The position numbers and the translations under genes were made by a program. The notes beneath the pieces were generated by a model that did no database searches, had not been told where the DNA came from, and was given only the letters and a program-made list of their open reading frames with translations. Shown here piece by piece: positions 1 through 12,000 of a stretch of 64,000 bases of DNA. Numbering within the stretch: position 1 is the first letter of the stretch; each line of letters begins with the position of its first letter. The stretch comes from Mobula hypostoma (taxonomy: Eukaryota). The stretch is taken from assembly GCF_963921235.1 (NCBI RefSeq), contig NC_086108.1, positions 88,724,001 to 88,788,000 on the forward strand, in the 5' to 3' direction.

Positions 1-344
1 AAAACCCCGCTGCCAATATCCTGAACTTCACCAAGCTTTCTTCACCTGCCACCTCTGATATAACATACACTGGTTCCTAATTAAGTAATACCTTGTTTTA
101 AAGTTTGCCACTCTTCTCACCAAACCCCTTTGTGACCTTACTTCTCCTCACTTCTGCAATTTCCTCCAGTCACAGAACTCTTAGAGGTATTTGTACTTCT
201 GCAAATCTGTCCTCTTGAGCATCTACAATGTAATTGCTCTACTATTAGTGCTCATAGCTTCAGCATCAAATATCCTCAAGATCCTGTGTTTCTTCCCCAG
301 ATCGTTCTGCATTTCTATTCTTTTAAAAATCTTCAAAAAACCTA

Positions 345-468
345 AATCCTAATGAAGGGTCTCAGTCTGAAATGTTGACTCTTTATTCCTTTCCATAAAA
401 CTAAGCTCCTCCAGCTTTTTGTGTGTGTTACTCTGGAATTTCAGAATCTTCAAAATCTCTTGTGTCTC
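345..468 (+). mobile_element. Degenerate Penelope-type terminal repeat fragment
   Basis: ctaatgaagggtctcagtctgaaatgttgact...ctcctccagc resembles the pLTR copies elsewhere in the window. Confidence 0.55.
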
Positions 469-1096
469 CATAAAACCTACCTGCCTGGTCATGTTTTTGG
501 TCATCTGCCTGAAATATTTATGCATGATAACATTTCTAGGAAGTGCATTTGGGAGCTTGGCTTCATAAGGAAGCTGCTACTGGAAATAGTCGATGCTATA
601 GTATGGCCAGAAAGAGCAGGAAGGATCCATCAGTCTCTAGTAAGACAGCTGTTGAACACAATGAGTTTGTCTGATTTTGTGGAACCTGTAGGTGAGCTTT
701 TGTTTCTTAATGCTCCTTCAACTTATCTTTGGGAACCTCTTTGCTAGGACAGTTATTGAATATCAGGCACACTGTATATGACTGCCTAATGTAAGCTGGT
801 GGAACTGATAGAGGAAAAATATTCTTCACCATTCTGAGCAAAATGCCAGGTAGGAGGCCTCAAAATCTTTCCTATTAGGGTTTTCAATCATAATAAAAAT
901 AAGGGCATATTAAAATATACTGTTAATGGGAAAGAACAGTATACAAGGAGGCTAAGGACAAACACGTCTGCAATCCATTCTTAAAGCTTTATTTAATTTT
1001 GTCAGTGAAAGAACAAGATGCACAATAAAAAATGCAGCAAGCTGATTTGTTAGTATTGAATTTGAATCTCTACGTAATTAAAATCTTCTGTTTCAG

Positions 1097-1195
1097 GGTG
1101 ATGATGATGTTTACTTGTGTGTTGTTAATGATCGAAGTGTACAGATCAATCCAGCCCATTCCACTGGCCGCTCACATCCAATATTGGATTCACAG
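1097..1195 (+). CDS. FRRS1: FRRS1 exon (DOMON): [33 protein letters not shown]
   Basis: tttcag acceptor, gtaggt donor, 99 nt, phase 0/0. Confidence 0.95.
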
Positions 1196-4100
1196 GTAGG
1201 TGAGCCCGAATGGGGCTTCTGACTGCAAATTTGCTATGTACACTTATAAGGTGAGTAGGGTTTTCTCCAGTTTATAACAATTTCTTAGCCTTGAGCAAAG
1301 ACTAGAGTTAGAAAACCTTATGTTTGCATTAACTTATGAAGATAGGTTGAATAAGCTAGGGCTTTTCTCTTTGGAGTGAAAGAGGATGAGAGGTGACTTG
1401 ATAGAGGTGTACAGGATAATAAGGGGCGTAGATTGATTGGGTAGCCTGAGACTTTTGCCCAGTGTGGAAATGGCAAAAATGGGGAGGGGCATAATTTTAA
1501 GGTGATTGGAGGAATGTATGGGGGAGAATGTCAGGGTTGTGTTCTGTACACGGAGAGTGGTGAGTGTGTAGAATACCCTACCAGGAGTGGTGATAGATAC
1601 TGATACATTAGTGCTGTTCAATAAATTCTTAGATCGGCACATGGATGATAGAAAAATGGAAGGTTACATAGGAGGAAAGGGTTAGATTGTCCTTGGAATA
1701 GGTTGAAAGATCAGTACAACATTGTGGGCTGAAAGGCCTGTAATGTGCTGCAATGTTCTATATTCTATGTTCTAATAACAGTGGACGTGGGAAAGAACAA
1801 TGTGGAAAAGATAAATGATTCAGGGTTGATTAGTAAGCTTAAGAGGATGTGGTATTCATAAACATTGATGAAGGGCAGACAAAAGCTCACTGAGATTTTT
1901 ATCAGAAAGAAATTAAGGGGAAGACATTCACCCTGAACAATGGTGTATTGTCATTTTATGATCCACCCATCCTTTACTTTTAAACCAGACTTTTCTAAAA
2001 TAGGATTCAATAGATGGAAGTTTAAGATATAACACTAGATCCGGATTCCAGAAATAATGATGTTTATGAGGTGATGAACTCTTCTTACTGGATTTTAAAA
2101 ACATTTTCTTATGTTCTGTTTATGCTATTCAACGGCAACAGATAGCTCAACTTTGAAATAATTGTAACAATGATTTCTTTTGGCAGGTTTCTATTTATGA
2201 CATGGCATGGAGGTTAGAAGATGGGGTGACCCAGTGTTCATTCAGGAGGAAAACACGGCTCCCTGAATATAGTGACCGTTTTGACCTGGACAGAAAATAT
2301 TATATTTTTCTAGCAGACGGGAACACAGAAAATGGTGGGTTTGCCATTTACAGATAATGCACACCTTTACCATGCACAGTTAGCGCATGATATCGCTGAG
2401 AGACCAGAGCAGCTTCAATTTATGTAAGCGTATTGTGATATTGGGTTTCATCCATATTTCATGGGCCATCCAAATTATTCCATCTCCAGAGATGAACACA
2501 GTGGTCGTTCCCTTGTTTTACAAAAACACTCTCTTCTTCTCTTCTCTGGAGACATGATTCATCTAATTCGAGCGGTAGCATAGCGGTTAGCATCATGCTA
2601 TTATAGTGCCAGTGACGCTGATTGAATTCTGCTTCTGTCCGTAAGCAGTTTGTACGTTTTCCCAGTGACGGTATAGGTTTCCTTCCACATTCTAAAGGTG
2701 TATGGGTTAGTAGATTATTTGGTCACATGGTGTAGGAAAGGCTTGTTACTGTACTGTATCCTTAAGTAAAATAGAAAATAATATTGTGGATTCCAGTTAC
2801 TTGGTCCATGGGTTAATCAGGGCAGCCCACATATTTGGGACAACTCTTAAAGAACAAAAATTAATCGGGAAAATAGCCAGGATTTTCTTTCCTTCTTTAT
2901 TAATCTTTTTATTGATTTAGAGAAAATATATTTGTGGTAGAGGCAGGTTCGATATTGTCATTTAAAGAAAAATTGGATAGGTATATGGACAGTAAAGGAA
3001 TGGAGGGTTATGGGCTGAGTGCAAGTTGGTGAGACTAGGTGAGAGTAAGCGTTCGGCACAGACTAGAAGGGCTGAGATGGCCTGTTTCTATGGTGGTTAT
3101 ATATACAGACAAGGGGAGAACTATCTCAAATATATATATCAGCAACAATGTAAACAAAAAATAAAATAGATAGTATCATAATCATATATAGTAATAAGCA
3201 AATATGCAATATATAATAGAAAAGACAACTAATTCTCCTCTTATCACTTCATAAAGAGAGGAAAAAAACTTTAAATTTAAAATGAAGGGGAAAACCCCCC
3301 ACTGCAATAAAAAAAGAAAGAAAAGAAAGGGGACTGGGCAGTCCATTCGGAGGATACAACCAAGAAAAAAGGAAAGACTTTCTGATCAAATCTAAAACTT
3401 CAAAAAAAAAATAATTGGAATAGTAATAAATCAAATCAAATGAAAATATAGAATAAAAGGTTGCCATATTTGCTCAAATTTAAAGGATGTATCAAATGCC
3501 GGACTAATTATTTTCTCTAAACTTAAAGAGGACATAATGGAGGAAAGCCAAAAAAAGACAGTAAGTGGATTAAAATCCTTCCACTTCAATAAAATGGCTC
3601 TCCTAGCCAATAAATTCGAAAAGGCTATCATACGTTGAGCGGAAACAGTAATATTTCCTGCTTCCGATGGGATAATCCCAACAATTGCCGTAAGTAAATT
3701 AGGTTGTAAATCCATATCCAAGACTTTTGATTGCATTTTAAAAACGTCTCTCCAAAAGTTATCTAGCTTTATACAAGACCAAAACATATGAGTTAAAGTG
3801 GCCACTTCAATATTACTAATTATTAATAGGAAATAACTCACTTTTATGTAAATTTAATTTATACTCAGAAAAGCTACTGAATTCAGAAAATATGGATAAT
3901 ATAGAAGGAATAGATTTCCTAGGATCTGAAATATAAACTAACAGGTCATCTGCATATAACAAAACCTTGTGTATTTTGTCCCCTCTCTTAATACCCTGAA
4001 CAGTATTAGAACCTCTAAGAGCAACAGCAAGGGGTTCTAAAGCCAAGTCAAATAATAAATGGCTAAGAGGACATCCCTGCCAAGTACCCCTATATAATCT

Positions 4101-7100
4101 AAAATAGGGAGATTTTTGATTATTAGGTATAACCACAGCCATGGGGGAATGATAGATCAATTTGATCCAAGAAATCAATCCCGAGCCAAAATTAAATCTT
4201 TCCAAAACCTCAAAGAAGTAAGACCACTCCACCCTATCAAAGGCTTTCTCTGCATCAAGAGAAACAACACATTCAGATTCTTTAGATGGAGAAGAGTGAA
4301 TAATGTTTAATAATCTTCAAATGTTAAAATGTAAGTATCTATTTTTATCAAATCCAGCTTGGTCATTGGAAGTAACAGTAGGTAAAATACTCTCAAGTCT
4401 ATTAGCCAAGATCTTAGAAAGAATTTTAAAATCCACATTCAATAGAAAGATTGGTCTATAGGAAGTGCATTCAGATAAATCTTTATCCTTTTTTAGAAAT
4501 TAAAGTGTTTGAAGCTTCATAAAAAGTTTTCGGGAGAGTCCCAGAGGATATAGAATCAGTGAAAATTTGACATAAATGAGGTGTAAGTGTATCAGTGAAA
4601 GTCTTATAAAATTCCACTGTATATCCATCCGCTCCCAGAGCCTTAGCTGGTTGGAGAAAGGATATAGCCCTTGCTGTTTCCTCTTGTTTAATAGGTGCAT
4701 CTAATGTATTCATATCTTGAATAGAAATTTTAGGTATATTCAATTTTTGCAAAAATCTATTCATAAAAGTAATATTGTCTGAAAATTCAGATTTATGAAG
4801 ATTAGAGTAGAAATCCATAAATATCATTAATTTCATAAGGATCTACCATTTCAGTTCTATCAGGTCTTCGTATTTTCAGGATCTGTCTTCTAGCCATATT
4901 TGCTTTTAACTGACCAGCTAATAATTTGCCTGACTTATCTCCATGTATATAAAATTGGCTTTTGGATTTAAAAAGTTGCTGTTCAATGGGAAAAGTCAAA
5001 AGCAAATCATGCTGTGTTTAGAGTTCCCCCCTTTCCTTAAAGAGATTTTCACTAGGCATTATTGAATAAATTTTATCTATTTCTTTAATCCAATTAATAA
5101 TCAGTAAAAGCTCCGCCTTAGTTTTCCTTCTTAAACCTACTGAGTATGAAATTATCTGTCCCTTAAGAAAAGATTTCATCAAATCCGATTTTCTTAGTTT
5201 ATTTGGGACACTATGCCATTTAATTGGGACATGAGACTGTTCCTGAACAGTTTCTAACTAGCAATAGTTGCGTGAACCAGTGTGGCCGTTAGACACTACA
5301 CCATGCTTAGAGCAAGCAGTTTTTAAATAATGTTAGCTGCATGTGTTTGTGTTCATACAAAAGTGATTCTTGTCACTGATAGTTGGTGAGAAATAAGCAG
5401 CAAGACAATTTAGAACTGTTTTGCTCACTACAATTTCAAGCATTGAGGCTTGGCGATGCCAGAAATGGACAGAAGTGAGAATGAAACAATTTCACTCTTT
5501 CAGCAAGATAGGATCTATGAAGAAATTGAAGATATGGCAATCTTGAAGATTACAATGAAAATGAAGATTTGGAGGATGTAATCATCGATAGAATTGCGTG
5601 AAGGCAGTCCATTACCTGCATTAGGTCTGCACTGATTCTGTTCATTTACTGTCAATCGACTGGACACGGCAGTGTGTCAGTTATCCACTGTATTAGAGCA
5701 TGAGAGTGAAATCTGTACAGGAGAGATTATAAAGTGGAAAAAATTCACACTCTACTCTCTCAACCTTGGAAGCCTGGGTCCAGTGGTACTAATAGTTGTC
5801 ACAAACTGGGATTTCCACTGGATGCCAGTCAAGAAAAATCCCCTGAATCTTCCTCCCTTCTCCCAAATGGAGGAAATTTGAGCCTAGTTGCAACTGCATA
5901 TCTCACCAGGTTGTGTATTAATTTCATCAGACCACATGCATGTAAGCCTGTGAACAATACAGAATGGCATCCATATTAAAAGGATATGAAAGCACTAGAA
6001 GATACAAAATACATTTATTAAAATGGTGGTAGAACTGAGATTAGATCTGTGGAGAAAGGTCAAACAGGTTGTGGCTTATTTACTTTAGAAAAAGAAGTGA
6101 CTTGCAAAAGGTCTCAAGACCAAAGCAAGAAGCCATAAACTGAAGGTAGACACTAATAAATTCGACAATTATTTCAGAAGAAATCTCTATTCATTATATA
6201 GTTAGAATACAGAAACATCTACAGGGAGGAGTTGAAGCAAAGGGGAAGCCAAATAAACAAACAAATGATAAAGGAACGGAATGTTGTTTTAATACCATTA
6301 CATGAAGGTTGGAGGGGGCAGATTGGTACGAGCAGGCATATACTGGCCTCTAGGATAGAAAGGTTTGTTTGCATTTTTTAAATGTATTGCAGTACTAAAC
6401 AGTTTTCTGATTATCTGTAATTATCTGATAATCTAGTTGGAATGGCTGTGTTCTGTAAAAGATGCTCCCCAATTGTTCTATGGAAAACTAGTCTTAACAG
6501 TTTTTAAATTATTTAACTGATGTTTTCTTGATGTTCAACTTTAGATAATAATATTTACTTTCTCTTAATTAAAGTTTACCTTGTGCTCTGACACATTTAG
6601 CTAAAGGTTCCATTGCTAATTGTTTCTTTATTATCATATGAGATTCATTATAACCATTCCCGGAACATGATTAAATATCTAAGTATTCAATTATTGGTAA
6701 ATTGCCTAACAAGTGTAATAATACTATTATTATTTTTATTATTAAAGGAAGAATTCATAAACATCATCAGCAACCACTGATTTCGCAGGAGAAGGTACAT
6801 CTGCATGGTTCCCTGAAAGAACTGAAGGGTTCTCGGTCTCCAGGATACATTAAGGCTCATGGTTAGTTTCTCTCAGTTACTTTGTCTTCTGTTTTCTGTA
6901 AGGTAAAGATTCTCTGTGACTGATAATAGAATAATAATCATATAAATGAAGTTTGCCTGAGCTTTCAGATTTGATCCCAACAATATATACAGGGTTGAAA
7001 AATAGAAGTCTTAGGTATTCATGAACACATCTGGGGTATGATGGGTGTGTCCATCATAGTTATTAATTGGGCATTTAGTTTTATTACTTATTTAAGCCCA

Positions 7101-9031
7101 TCACCCCTGCTGGGGCATATACTGCTGACAGCAACTCATCAGAGTCCTCTTTCCTGGGCCAGGCTTTTAAGTTGTCCCCAGGTGTAACCCATCTTCAAAA
7201 ATCCTCACTCTACTAGGGTCTTTGGCGCTTCTGTTGGCATTTCAGCTCTTCGTTTTTATAGGATGGGGTTGCTAGCCTCACGCAAACCCTCCTTTTGCAG
7301 CCGGGCTTGGGACCGTCTATGGTGGAGTTATTTAATTTTAATGATGACTCTTTAATTTGCTATTTGATGGACAAATAATGATGAGATAATAATTGGTCAA
7401 TGCATAACAAAATTCTGAGTTGGACAATCCACACCAGGGGTGCATGAAAAGAGCTACTTTTTAATCAGGGCGGCGACCAGGATTTTGAAGGCAAAGTTTT
7501 GCGGCAGTTTTTCTAAGTTGAGGAGCGACCAATCATCAAGCGGCGGTGCATAAAAAGAGATTCGTTTTAGTCAGGTCCGCGTTCAAGAATTAAAAAGCAG
7601 AGCTTTGAGCCAGTTTTCTCTGAGTTGGACAATCCACACTAGGCGTGCGAGTAAAGAGCTACTTATTAATCAGGGCAGTGATCAAGGTTTTGAAGGCAGA
7701 GTTGGCAGCAGTTTTTTCTGAGTCGAGGAGTGACCAATCAGCAAGATGGATTCATCGGAAAAGGCCCATAAGAATAATTCAAGTGCAAGCGGAGTGGCCA
7801 TTCTTTTGGAGTGTGCCCATCTTTAGAGTGGCTTTGGCTCACCTGGTTCAGGCTTGGGTGAGACAGATTGTCTTGTAAGTTACTCTCGCTCTGTTCTTAT
7901 TTGTTCATTCCTCATTTACTAGTGCATAGTGTAATGGGAATGGCTCCAGGGGCAGTGTTTTGTACTGTATGTGGGATGTGGGAAGTCTGGGAGACGCTGA
8001 GTCTCCAAGGTAAACACATCTGCCCCAGGAGCAGGCGTTGCAGCTTCTGGGAGAATGTATTAAGGAACTGGAACTGTTGCTTGATGACCTTCAATGCATA
8101 TGGGAGAATGAGGAGGTGATAGACAGGAGCTACAAGGAGGTAGTCACTCCTCGATTGCAGGAGACAGGTAACTGAGTGACTGTCAGGAGAAGGAATGGAA
8201 TTGCACAGCCAGTGCAGAGTACACCTGTGGTCATTCCCCTCAATAATAATTGTGAAACTTTAGATAATATTGAGAAGGAATGACCTACTGGGGGGGGGGG
8301 GGGGGGCGGCCGCGGGGGTGAAGCACAACGACCGGGTCTCTGGCACTGAGTCTGGTGCTGTGGCTCAGAAGAGCAGAGAATTGAAGAGGACTGCAGTGTT
8401 GATAGGAGATCCCGTAGTCAGAGGAACAGAGACGAGGTTCTGTGGGTGCGATAGAGACATTTGGATGGTACGTTGCTTCCCTGGTGCCAAGATCAGGGAT
8501 GTCTCTGATCGTGTCCATAGCATTCTCAAGGATGAGAGCGAGCAGCCTTGGTACATATTGGCACCAATGAAATAGGTAAACAAGTTGAGGAGGTCCTGAA
8601 GAGAGATTTTAGGGAGCAAGGTAGAAAGCCGAGAAACAGAACCTTCAGGGTAGTAATCTCTGTACGTCGACGTTTCAGATGAAGGGTCTCAGCCCGAAAC
8701 GTCGACTGTACCTCTTCCTAGAGATGCTGCCTGGCCTGCTGCGTTCACCAGCAACTTTTATCTGTGTTGCTTGAAATTCCAGCATCTGCAGATTTCCTCG
8801 TGGTTACGTCACTTTATTCCCACTTTTTTCCTCCTGACTATCAGCCACTGCTTTATCCATGCTACAGTCTTTCCTGTTGTACAATGGGCTCATAGCTCAT
8901 TAAGCAGCCTCATGTATGGCAGCTTGTTAAAGTTTGAGAAGTCAATGTTCATGCCATCAGGTCTGATAAACTTTCACTAATGCCCTACCTCCCCCTCGTA
9001 CCCCATCCATTATTTATTTATATACACACAT

Positions 9032-9071
<40 letters not shown>

Positions 9072-12000
9072 TCTTCTTCCTCTGTTCCTCTCACTATACC
9101 TCTTGCCCATCCTCTGGGCTTTTCCCCCCCTCCCCCTTTTCTTTCTCCCTGGGCCTCCTGTCCCATGAACCTCTCATATCCCTTTTGCCTATCACCTATA
9201 CAGCTCTTGGCTCCATCCCTCCCCCTCCTGTTTTCTCCTATCATTGTGGATCTCCCCCTCCTCCTCCCACTTTCAAATCTCTTACTAGCTCTTCCTTCAG
9301 TTAGTCCTGACGAAGGGTCTCAGCCCGAAACGTCGACTTTACCTCTTCCTAGGAATGAAGTGAACCTTTTATGGTTGGCTGCCTGTGATCAGTGGTGTTC
9401 CACGGGAGTCTAGTTGTGACCGATTCTTTTAAAGTTATATGTCGATGATTTGGATGATGGAATTGATGGCTTTGTTGCAAAGTTTGCAGACAATATGATG
9501 ATAGGTGGAGGGGCAGGTAGTTTTGAGGAAGTAGAGAGGCTACAGAGGAACTTAGACAGATTAGGAGAATAGACAAAGAAGTGGCAGATGAAATACAGTG
9601 TCAGGAATGTGTGGTCATGCACTTTGGTGGAAGAAATGAAAGGGTTGACTATATTCCAAATGGAGAAAAAGCACAAAAAATAACAGGTGTAAAGGGACTT
9701 GAGAGACCTTGTGCTGGATTCCCTAAAAGTTAATTTGCAGGTTGAGTCTTTAGTGAGAAAGGTAAATGTGATGTTAGCATTTGTTTCAATATGACTAGAA
9801 CATAAAAGCAAGGATGTAATGTTGAGACTTTATAAAGCACTGGTGAGGCATCATTTGGATCAGATTCAGATTAATTTATTTATCATACATACCTCAAAAC
9901 ATTCACTGAGATGTATCAATTGTGTTAACTGCCAACACAATCTAAGGATGTACTGTGGGCATCCTGCAAGTGTTACCATATATTGTGGCGCCAACATACA
10001 GTAGCAGGCTCACAATGCTCAGCATAACAACAGAGGACACACCAAACAGAACACAGCAAGTAACAGAATAACAACAGCAAAGCAAGTTGCTTTCCTCCCT
10101 CCCACCCACACATCGACATTCCTCCAAACCCAGGACAAGACTCCAGTCCTTCAGTCTCAAGTCTTCCGGTATCGGGCTTCAACTTCTGGACTTCTGATCA
10201 ACATTTGAGCTTCGCTCTTCGGTACTGATCCCCGGACAAGTTGATGATGGAACTCCGAACTCCAGGACACTAACTCCGAGCTCGCCGACTCACTGGAACT
10301 CTTGCCTCCTGCTGAGACGGACATCTAATCCCAGGACACAACTGACCTGGGACAGCCCAAAATCCACACGTGTCCTTCATCACCTATCCACATCACTAGT
10401 CCTCGAGCACGATTCAATATGGTGTCGTTCACGATTTCCATTTTCCTCTCCGTACTTGACTGCAGAGTTGAAGTGCTTTGCACTGATCCCTGGTTTTTGG
10501 ATTCACTAAGATTCCATCATGTAAGTTTGGTGTTGAGAGAAGTGTGATTATTTTCTCTGGTGTATTAGAGAGCTGCTGTTGCCAATATATATATTCCAGC
10601 ACTTAACATCACGTCAACTGAACCAAGTTGACTGGACATTGGTGATATAGGAGCAAACTGAAAGCTACATGGAGTCAGTGTTTGAAGTAATGGATGACTT
10701 ATTCAAAAAAAATTCTGGTGTGCACCAGGAGCCCAGTCAAAGCTGATCTACCTGAGCATCAATTTGGTATAGCTTTTCCATTCTCAGTTGACGAGATTCC
10801 CAGTAAAACTACATTTTAATAACAGGATAATGGCTATAGGAACACTTAATTATGCAACAGGCTAGGTCCTGATTTCAGAATAAAATAATTATCCATAGGT
10901 CTAACAGCAAATCCAGTTTTCTATTACAAAAGTGGTTGCACACTATAACATAACTAGTGTAATTCCTGAAACTTTGGTGTCATCACTACTGTATTCCTTG
11001 TCTCTACTTCAAGGCTTTGTCTGCAGATCCCTTTTATTATACTAGCATAATCCACATCGCTTGTAATTAGGCCTCATCATCTTTCCCTTACAACCAGTGG
11101 TATTTTAATCTGAATTTGAAAAACAACACAATTTTCGGATTTAACCACAAAATTTTTGGAATATTTTACTAATGACAGACCAGAATGACAAATTTATCTA
11201 TCACCTCCCAGTTTGTTTGCCTTCCCCTCTCCTTGCCTTCTTATCATGGCTTCTTCCCCCTTCCTTTCCAGTCCTGATGAAGGGTCTTGGTCTGAAACAT
11301 TGACTGGTTTTTCCTCTTTATCGGTGCTGCCTGACTTGCTGAGTTCTTCCAGCATTTTGTGTGTGTTGTTCACAGGCTTGTAATGTTCAGTAAATTACTG
11401 AAGATTCCTGGGCAATGGTACACGAAATATTGAGTCTCTTGATAGTTTAATTTGATAAGACCTTTCAGATTAAATTCTTGTGGCAATAATAAGTTCATTT
11501 TTTATTTATTCTTCTTAGGATCATTAATGTTCATTGCATGGGTGACAACAGCCAACACTGGTGTTATCGTAGCTCGATTCTTTAAATCTGTCTGGCCATC
11601 TACCACAGTGTTTGGGAAAAAGATCTGGTTTCTGGTATGTGGTTAATGTTGCTTCATTTCGTTAGCCTTGGTTGATCACAAATGTTTTAGTTTCTGGGAA
11701 CTCAGCATCACCTGGAAGGCATCTGAGGAGCGTTGATTGTCCATAAGGATCACATCAGTATGTGAATCACTAATGTGAATGTGGAAAGAAAAATCAGATA
11801 GTTTCTGTAACTGTTAGGCTGTCTTGCAGGGATTTCCCCATCAAGGCACTACTCTTTATGCTTGGCTGATAAAGTTCAAAATTTATCCCTATCGTATTTA
11901 AGAGACTGAAATACCTTTCCTTTTGCATGTACCTGTGTGACCACGAGTCTGTGTGTCTGCGACTTTGTGTGCGTGCATGCGTTTGTGATGATGGATTTTT

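Noticed and set aside
421..747. Short ORFs in the track as independent genes
   Set aside because: No recognisable domains; many start at GTG or TTG or overlap repeats
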